A DNA stretch of 34,346 bases. It comes from an uncultured Candidatus Peregrinibacteria bacterium. Lineage in GTDB: Bacteria > Patescibacteriota > JACMRA01. Shown here piece after piece: positions 27,816 through 34,346 of this stretch. Both the position numbers and the translations under genes were made by a program. Within the stretch, counting starts at the first letter, position 1; each line of letters opens with the position of its first letter. The notes under the pieces were generated by a model, which worked only from the letters and a program-made list of their open reading frames with translations, searched no databases and had not been told where the DNA came from. The DNA is taken from positions 1 to 34,346 of the forward strand of contig CAKZLR010000018.1 in the NCBI GenBank assembly GCA_937127165.1, given 5' to 3'.

Positions 27816-28208
27816 TTAACTTAAATTAAACAAAGTTCCGTCGTAAATTCTTTCTATCAGACCGCTAAGCAAGGCAACAATCAAGAAGGAAAGAGCCGCA
27901 ATAGTCAGGCCAATTAGTGCATTTTTGATTATTTTCCAACCATTATCTGAATCCCCAGTAGCTAGTTTAAATGCCCCCCAGATAATAAATAAAAGAGTAA
28001 TACCAGGTATAATAAAAACTGCTAATTGAGCGATAGACACTAAAAATTCGTACATGTTTTCTCTAGTGAGATTTAACGTAATCCCTCCCCCGGGAAGTTC
28101 TGGTGCAGTTATTTGAGCATTAATTGATATAGGTAGTAAAATCAAGGCAAAAGAAAATATGCTTGTTGCATATAGGTAGAACTTTTTGGATCTAATAAGT
28201 TTGAGCAT
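27816..28208 (-). CDS. CPR-type (TrbC/VirB2-like) pilin-like protein
   Basis: Signal peptide ending INA-Q, then two TM helices with the IIWGAFK...IKNALIGL.I...SFLIV pattern common in Patescibacteria pilin-like proteins. Confidence 0.7.
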   Translation of the reverse strand: MLKLIRSKKFYLYATSIFSFALILLPISINAQITAPELPGGGITLNLTRENMYEFLVSIAQLAVFIIPGITLLFIIWGAFKLATGDSDNGWKIIKNALIGLTIAALSFLIVALLSGLIERIYDGTLFNLS

Positions 28209-28538
28209 AAAACAACAGGATTGGTAATAAAATTAATTAGTTAAATCGAGGTTGAATTAACATATTTTTCGTAAAATAGCAAGTGAGTTTTTTATTGTAA
28301 ACAAAACAAATCGGTTCCATCCAGCTAAGTAACTTAGTGAATAAACTTAATATTTATTAAGCTAAATTCATAATTAAAACTTGTCAAATGTCCATTTTGG
28401 ATGTCTTTACTAGGACTTAATATGAAATTATAGATTGCCGTAATTAGACAGTAAAGAAAAGAATATTGTTTTGTTTAATCACTAAATTAGGAATAAAACT
28501 GTTCTTTATATATAATCTTAACCAACCAACAAAAAAAT

Positions 28539-29804
28539 TTACACAAAAATTTCTAAATTTTGAATTTTTTTGTCTTTACTAACAACTAAGACTTTTCTGG
28601 ATTGCAAGCCTTGCTTAATGTGATTGTAGAGATTTTTTATTGATTCTTGGTCTACACTTTCTAGCCTTTGGCTGTAGTCTTCATATTGCTCAACTAAACC
28701 GAAATTGAGCATTCTGTTTTCAGCAAAATCTACAAAAAATTTTGGGTTATCTGTAGATATATCTTTTTGTTTTCTAATTTTATTTTTCATCTGCTCAAAT
28801 TTTTCTGGTTTGAAGTTTTTTTCAAAATCGCCAAAAGTTTTGTATATTTCTTCTAAAATTTGTTTAATATGTCTTATCTCACAAGCTAATTCAATTTCTA
28901 AAGATTGGATAGTCTGCCTAAACCTTCCCGAAATGCCATATACTAAACCCAACTCATCTCTTAAACGGTCATACAAAATACCTCCATATTTTAGATATAA
29001 TTGCTCAAAAACTGCTTGAGATGGTCTATTTTTAAAATTTACCGAACAGGGAATAAACACTGTTACTTCGGCATGCTCATGTCCTAGTGGGTGAGTGTAA
29101 GGCAAATTAGTAAACTCTTTGAAGGTGTCATTTGGTAAAAAACCTAATTTTTGGAAAGGTTCGGTAGGTAAATTTGCTGTTTGTTTTATTTTTTGAGAAA
29201 CTTTAGCCACCACAGTATCCACCTCAAAACCACCACCACTAAATTTGAGAATTAAGTGACTATTATTTAAAATTTGGTTATGAAGTCTATAAAAATCCTC
29301 CAAAGTGGTGCTACTTACATCTTCCACCAACCCTATTACTTGATTATTGATTAAGGAGTCTTCTGTAAAAATCTGTTTTAAAGTATCGTAATATAAAATA
29401 TAGTTAGGGTCTCCTGTTCTTTCGCTGATTTCTCTTAAAACTATTTCTTTTTCCCTATCCAGGTCTTCTCGACGAAAGGAAGGATTGAAAAAAAATTCAG
29501 CTAATAAGTCAAAAATTTTATCAAAGTCATCTTTGTGACCACTAGCGACAAGGGACATTGTTAGATTGCTGGTGTAAGCGTTCAAGTCTATTTCGTTAGC
29601 AAAACAGTAGTCTTTGACTTCTGCAAAGTTCATTGTTTGAGTGCTAGAAACTAAGCAGTGTTCAAGCAGATGTCGCTTTCCTTTATCTCCTGTTTGCTCA
29701 AACCAACTACCGCCACTAGAGTAGGTAAATTCTAAATCAATTCTATTGCGATCGGCTGGTTGTAACAACAAATGAACACCTTTTGTGAGTTGAATGTATT
29801 GCAT
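28539..29804 (-). CDS. M16 (insulinase/pitrilysin) family zinc peptidase
   Basis: Inverted zinc motif HLLEH, NAYTS, REKEIVLREI, LYDRLRDELGLVY. Confidence 0.9.
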   Translation of the reverse strand: MQYIQLTKGVHLLLQPADRNRIDLEFTYSSGGSWFEQTGDKGKRHLLEHCLVSSTQTMNFAEVKDYCFANEIDLNAYTSNLTMSLVASGHKDDFDKIFDLLAEFFFNPSFRREDLDREKEIVLREISERTGDPNYILYYDTLKQIFTEDSLINNQVIGLVEDVSSTTLEDFYRLHNQILNNSHLILKFSGGGFEVDTVVAKVSQKIKQTANLPTEPFQKLGFLPNDTFKEFTNLPYTHPLGHEHAEVTVFIPCSVNFKNRPSQAVFEQLYLKYGGILYDRLRDELGLVYGISGRFRQTIQSLEIELACEIRHIKQILEEIYKTFGDFEKNFKPEKFEQMKNKIRKQKDISTDNPKFFVDFAENRMLNFGLVEQYEDYSQRLESVDQESIKNLYNHIKQGLQSRKVLVVSKDKKIQNLEIFV

Positions 29805-30002
29805 ACTGTTTGGAACAAGAACACCAAAATTGAAAATTTTCTTATTTAGCTAGCGTTTATTGCTATATAATCAGCTATACAATCACAAGTCAATCTAATC
29901 TTCAAAAATCGTTTACAATTGCTAATGTCAAAGCGGTAATTACTTTTCAACTCTAATCAAAACACATCCACAATTTTCAATTTTCCGATAAAAAACCAAA
30001 GA

Positions 30003-30230
30003 CTAAGCCAGATAAAGAGAGATTATTCTGACTATCACAAACACCACGATAAAGAACACAGTCAAGCCAACTACCCATCTTTCAATTCCCCTTCTAGTAA
30101 TGTAAATTTGGTCGCTACCGCCAAAAGTTCCAGACAGACCAGCGCCCCTATTTTGTATCAAAATCAAAATTGATGCTAGCACCAAACAAACTACTTCAAT
30201 AGTAATTAATATATTTTCCAAATTATTCAT
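30003..30230 (-). CDS. secG: Preprotein translocase subunit SecG
   Basis: Two TM helices flanking ILIQNRGAGLSGTFGG...TRRGIE. Confidence 0.92.
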   Translation of the reverse strand: MNNLENILITIEVVCLVLASILILIQNRGAGLSGTFGGSDQIYITRRGIERWVVGLTVFFIVVFVIVRIISLYLA

Positions 30231-30239
30231 AAAACTTTT

Positions 30240-30764
30240 TTATCTGGTATAATTGTTTAAATAAGTTTCGACCTCTTTTTCGGCTTCTTCTTTACCAAAG
30301 ACACCCTGAATCTGGACAACCTTGTTTTGAAGTCTTTTGTAATTTTGGAAAAAGTCCAGAATCTCGTCAATTCGATGTTTTGGAAGTTGAGAAATATCGA
30401 TTACATCCTTAAACCTTGGATCACCGGTAGGAACAGCCAAAATCACATTATCTTGGTCACCTGAATCAATTTTTTTTACTATACCGATCGCTCTAGCTTT
30501 GAGAACTGTCATCGGAGGAACAGGATTAGTTAATAATACTGCTACATCTAAAGCATCTCCATCTTCAGTTTTAGTCGACGGAATAAAGCCGTAGCTAAAC
30601 GGATAAAACTCGGCAGAAAACAAAACTCTATCAAGCATCAAAGCTCCAGTTTCTGGATCTAATTCGTATTTGTTTTGACTACCATATGGAATTTCTATGA
30701 CTACATTAAACTCTTGCACTTCTCCAGAAGGCAAAAAGTATAAATTTTGAGCAGATACAGACAT
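30240..30764 (-). CDS. ppa: Inorganic pyrophosphatase (family I)
   Basis: VIEIP, KYE, DRVL, YP.SYGFIPST, DGDALD, DPRF, FFQNYK; ATG 30764 preferred over the upstream TTG/GTG. Confidence 0.93.
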   Translation of the reverse strand: MSVSAQNLYFLPSGEVQEFNVVIEIPYGSQNKYELDPETGALMLDRVLFSAEFYPFSYGFIPSTKTEDGDALDVAVLLTNPVPPMTVLKARAIGIVKKIDSGDQDNVILAVPTGDPRFKDVIDISQLPKHRIDEILDFFQNYKRLQNKVVQIQGVFGKEEAEKEVETYLNNYTR

Positions 30765-31409
30765 CACCAAAACAATTTAGTTGTTAACTACTAAAAAGTA
30801 AACTGCTGAAAACTAGACTAATGTGTTGAATTCTGTCAAGCGAATGGTGTTTTTGTATACCACCTCTTAGAAAAATTTCCAGTTTTCTAAATTGAAACCA
30901 AAGCAACTAAAATCAATCAAACAAGAAAATACCAAAACTACTACTGTTTTTGCGTGACGTCTGATGAGTAATTTATTAGAACTTAAAGTTTAATAATAGG
31001 TTCTTCAGGTTTCTTTTTATTAAGAGGTATAGGAAAAGTACGAGATGTTGATTTTGTACCTGGGATTTGAGTAGGTGTTGATTTTTCAAGAGCTGTTTAC
31101 GTGTTTAGAGTTAAGTAGAAGTTATTTCTGTACCTATCTGTCAGTTTCATCATTCAATGGAAAAGGTAGTTTGAAAAGTTCATTACCACTTTTAGTTTTT
31201 TCAATTTTTCTGGTATAGACACAAAATTTTAAATTTACAAAAACTAGATGAAAGTACGACAAAATACGACAAAAAAAGAATAGTTAAATCATTTTGGCTA
31301 ATAATCTTGACAAGAGAAAATTTTGGTGGTGAGATACGCTAGGTTGTCGCTAGTTTAGTTATATATTTATACATTTTGTAACTACAGTAACTACAGTATC
31401 TAACTATAA

Positions 31410-31610
31410 GTAATTTGATAAAAGATAAAACAAGATAAAATAAAAAAAATAAATAATAAATAATAAAATAATAATAAAACATAAATAATAAAACATAAAT
31501 AATAACAAACATAATAAACAAATTAATAATTAATGGTAATAATTAATTAATGATTAAGTTAATAATTAATAATTTGATTTTATAATTGTTATAACTTTTA
31601 ACTTTTAATT
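31410..31610. repeat. Low-complexity A/T tract (AAATA/AAACAT-like units, then AATTAAT units)
   Basis: About 200 bp with very few G/C; strongly A-biased in the first half. Confidence 0.7.
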
Positions 31611-31620
31611 TCTGTTGCAT

Positions 31621-34346
31621 ATGAACCAAGACTCAAACCAAAATAATCAAGTTGACAATATTGAGACTCAATCTACCCATCCTTATAAGGATATCGAGAC
31701 TTATTGGCAGAAACTTTGGTTTGAAAATAACCTTTACCGGGCCGTTGATTTTGATGATCGTCCTAAAAAATATATTTTAACCGAATTTCCTTACCCATCG
31801 GGTGTTAGTTTGCATATTGGTCATGTTTTTCGTTATACAGTACCGGATGTATACGCTAGGTTTTTAAGAATGAATGGTTATAACGTGCTTTTTCCGATGG
31901 GTTGGGATGCTTTTGGTTTACCCACTGAGGAGCGAGCTAGGAAGGAAGGCAAGAATCCCAAGATCATCACTAAAGAAAACATTGCTAACTTTAAGCAACA
32001 AGTTCTGCGAATGGGTTATGGTTTTGACTGGGACAGAGAGTTTTCTACAACTGATGAAAATTATTACAAGTGGACTCAGTGGATTTTTGGCGAGTTTTAT
32101 AAAGCTGGTTTAGCCGAACAAAAAGAAACTGAAGTGTGGTGGTGTCCTGAAATGGGGACTGTGTTGTCTAACGAAGAGGTGTTAGATGGTCCAAATGGAA
32201 CCAAAATTAGTGAACGAGGTGAGTATCCGGTTTATCGCAAAAAGATGAAGCAGTGGGTTTTGAGGATGCCAGAATATGCCGAAAAATTACTTAGCGGTCT
32301 AGAAGAAACTCATTTTCCAGAACATGTTAAGGAGATGCAACGAAATTGGATTGGTAAAAGCGAAGGTTGCACGGTCAGATGGGAAGTAGAAACAACTACA
32401 AAAAGCAGAAAGCAGAAAGCAAAAATTGTAATTTTACACGGTTTTCGAGGTAGTTCCCAGAGTATTTATATTCCTTGGCTTAAATCTAGGTTAGAAGACT
32501 TTGGTTGTGAAGTAGTGGCTTTGGATTTGCCTAATTTTACAGATCCAGACGAACAAGAATGTGTTGATTTCGTTTTAAACTCAGTTAAATTTGGCAACAA
32601 CACAATCATTTTAGGTCATAGTCTTGGTTCTGTACTAGCCCTCAAAGTTTTAGAAAAACTAGATCAGCCGATTTTAGGTTTGGTTACCACTGGCGGCTTT
32701 GTGTCTCCAGACTTTTTGGACAAAAACATCAATGTGCGGCCGTTTACCCATAAGTGGAATTGGAATTTTGACTTTGCAAAAATCAAGGCGAATACCACTT
32801 TTGTTAAGTGTTTGCAATCTTCTTCTGATCCAGTTATTTCTACCGCTCAAGCTCAGGCTTTGGTGCAAGCTGTGGAAGGCGAGCTGATAATTGTGGAAGC
32901 TAAAGGACATTTTAGTGATCAGATTGAACCTAGTGTTTGGAGTGTCTTTGAGCAAGTTTTACGAAAGGAAGCACTCCACCTTACAAGCATCTCTCAAGAG
33001 GAAAGTTTGATAGTTGAAACCTTTACTACCCGAGTTGATACCATCTTTGCGGTTACTTTTTTGGTGTTGTCTCCCGAGCATCCTTTGGTTTTACAACTAA
33101 CTATCGAGGAAAACTTACCAAAGGTACGAGTTTATTTGCAAGAAGTGCAAAACAAAAGTGACCGAGAAAGACAAATTGGGGCTGAAAAAACTGGAGTCTT
33201 TACCGGGAGTTATGCTATTAATCCAATTACAAAAGATAAAGTGCCAATTTGGATTAGTGATTATGTACTTGGCAGTTACGGTACTGGAGCGATTATGGCG
33301 GTTCCGGGGCACGATGAGCGAGATTTTGAGTTTGCCCAAAAGTTTGGGCTGAAAATTTTAGAAAACGTAAAACCCATAAGTGGAGAAAAAACTAGCAAAG
33401 TTTTTACTGATTACGGCGTTTTATTTAACTCAGGAGAGTATTCCGGTTTAACCAGTGAGGAGGCTAAAGAAAAATTAATCCAAAAATTGGAAGCTGAAGG
33501 CAGAGGTAAGCGAGAAATCAATTATAAATTCCGTGATTGGGTCTTTAGCCGTCAGCGATATTGGGGTGAGCCATTTCCGTTTGAGTATATTAAGATTAAA
33601 GATGGTTTAGTAGATTTTGAGAAACTAGACGAACAACTAAAAAACTCAGGTCGGATTGGTGTCGTTAACTGTGTTGTTGTTAATTCCCAAGGTCAAATTT
33701 TGCTTCAAAGGAGATCGGCGACTTTTGACTTGATTGGCGGGCATATAGGGGAAGGTGAAACTATTTCGCAGGCGATGCAACGAAAGATTAAAGAAGAGAT
33801 TGGTTGTGATCTAGGTCAAGTTTTGTATTATTTAGGCTTTACTGAAATGAATCTTAGTGAGGATAATAAAAAACTGAATTTTGTTTTTATAGTTACAGTT
33901 AAACATGAGCCAAAGATTCAAAAACCAGAAAAAGTTAGTGAGATGATGTGGGTCAAGGCTGACCAGATTTTAAATTTTGTTGTTCCTCAGTCTCAATATA
34001 CAGTTTATTTTCCTAGCTGGCAACAAAAAGATTTTGTGAAAGAATTTATAGCACAAAATAGAGATTCTTATATTGTTGATGTTTTGTCACAGGCTTTTGA
34101 TTGGATAAACAAAAATTTTTCGGGGTTATCTTTGACCGAAATTGACGGCGAGCTCCATAAGATCAGACTTCTTGATACTACTGAACTACCTTTAATTTTG
34201 CCGGATGTAGAAGACTATTTGCCGTCACCAGAAGGCCGATCTCCTCTTGGCAAGGTAGATTGGATAAACATTCGAGATGAGCAGGGTAGGGTGATTGGTC
34301 GACGAGAACCAGACACCATGCCTAACTGGGCTGGAAGTAGTTGGTA
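31621..34346 (+). CDS. leuS: Leucine--tRNA ligase, runs off the window end, with inserted alpha/beta-hydrolase and Nudix domains
   Basis: Not in the ORF track (no stop in window). Manual translation: FPYPSGVSLHIGH, PMGWDAFGLP, YYKWTQWIF, MQRNWIGKSEG, FTTRVDTIF, YGTGAIMAVPGHDERD, RDWVFSRQRYWGEP, REPDTMPNWAGSSW. Confidence 0.97.
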   Translation, partial: MNQDSNQNNQVDNIETQSTHPYKDIETYWQKLWFENNLYRAVDFDDRPKKYILTEFPYPSGVSLHIGHVFRYTVPDVYARFLRMNGYNVLFPMGWDAFGLPTEERARKEGKNPKIITKENIANFKQQVLRMGYGFDWDREFSTTDENYYKWTQWIFGEFYKAGLAEQKETEVWWCPEMGTVLSNEEVLDGPNGTKISERGEYPVYRKKMKQWVLRMPEYAEKLLSGLEETHFPEHVKEMQRNWIGKSEGCTVRWEVETTTKSRKQKAKIVILHGFRGSSQSIYIPWLKSRLEDFGCEVVALDLPNFTDPDEQECVDFVLNSVKFGNNTIILGHSLGSVLALKVLEKLDQPILGLVTTGGFVSPDFLDKNINVRPFTHKWNWNFDFAKIKANTTFVKCLQSSSDPVISTAQAQALVQAVEGELIIVEAKGHFSDQIEPSVWSVFEQVLRKEALHLTSISQEESLIVETFTTRVDTIFAVTFLVLSPEHPLVLQLTIEENLPKVRVYLQEVQNKSDRERQIGAEKTGVFTGSYAINPITKDKVPIWISDYVLGSYGTGAIMAVPGHDERDFEFAQKFGLKILENVKPISGEKTSKVFTDYGVLFNSGEYSGLTSEEAKEKLIQKLEAEGRGKREINYKFRDWVFSRQRYWGEPFPFEYIKIKDGLVDFEKLDEQLKNSGRIGVVNCVVVNSQGQILLQRRSATFDLIGGHIGEGETISQAMQRKIKEEIGCDLGQVLYYLGFTEMNLSEDNKKLNFVFIVTVKHEPKIQKPEKVSEMMWVKADQILNFVVPQSQYTVYFPSWQQKDFVKEFIAQNRDSYIVDVLSQAFDWINKNFSGLSLTEIDGELHKIRLLDTTELPLILPDVEDYLPSPEGRSPLGKVDWINIRDEQGRVIGRREPDTMPNWAGSSW

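Noticed and set aside
31339-31521. 60-aa hydrophobic ORF on the minus strand
   Set aside because: Translation of the low-complexity A/T tract
31250-31620. T-box riboswitch upstream of leuS (also checked upstream of thrS and valS)
   Set aside because: No GGTGGNACCGCG T-box consensus or GC-rich terminator/antiterminator seen
1129-33352. Many short antisense or alternate-frame ORFs in the track (e.g. 1129-1389, 2106-2414, 9271-9540, 12601-12897, 26435-26890, 31874-32113, 32674-32955, 33115-33339)
   Set aside because: They lie within or overlap well-supported genes and have no recognisable motifs; shadow ORFs
17690-34150. Inteins or introns as the explanation for the synthetase insertions
   Set aside because: The inserts are in-frame HAD, alpha/beta-hydrolase and Nudix domains; no Cys/Ser start with His-Asn end, no LAGLIDADG or HNH motif seen
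1-34346. Alternative genetic code (TGA=Gly, code 25) as the cause of the truncated genes
   Set aside because: Long genes read through under the standard code, TGA ends rsmH and the 2844 ORF at expected positions, and the helicase and valS breaks involve TAA

Overview
AT-rich (roughly 30% GC by eye) bacterial chromosome segment using the standard genetic code (TGA is a stop in rsmH and at 2844). It looks like a Patescibacteria/CPR genome: CPR-type pilin, PilB/GspE ATPase, TGS-less ThrRS, few Shine-Dalgarno sites and scattered orphan housekeeping genes; the taxonomy is inference. It contains pheA, rsmH, thrS, def, ruvA, grpE, secG, ppa, two tRNAs (Arg-TCT, Lys-TTT), a partial leuS missed by the ORF track, several membrane and peptidase genes and an SDR pseudogene. 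No CRISPR array, rRNA or mobile element is evident. Three observations stand out. (1) Both class Ia aminoacyl-tRNA synthetases carry in-frame hydrolase domains: ValRS has HAD, RBBP9/YdeN-like alpha/beta-hydrolase and Nudix; LeuRS has alpha/beta-hydrolase and Nudix. (2) valS is only its C-terminal half, and a nearby UvrD-type helicase is only its N-terminal half, suggesting split genes. (3) A two-gene locus encodes an internally deleted, apparently catalytically dead class II ribonucleotide-reductase-like protein fused to SH3-like, pseudo-Nudix and TSCPD-like domains, followed by a stand-alone paralog of its C-terminal domain. All family calls come from motif recognition by eye, not database searches.
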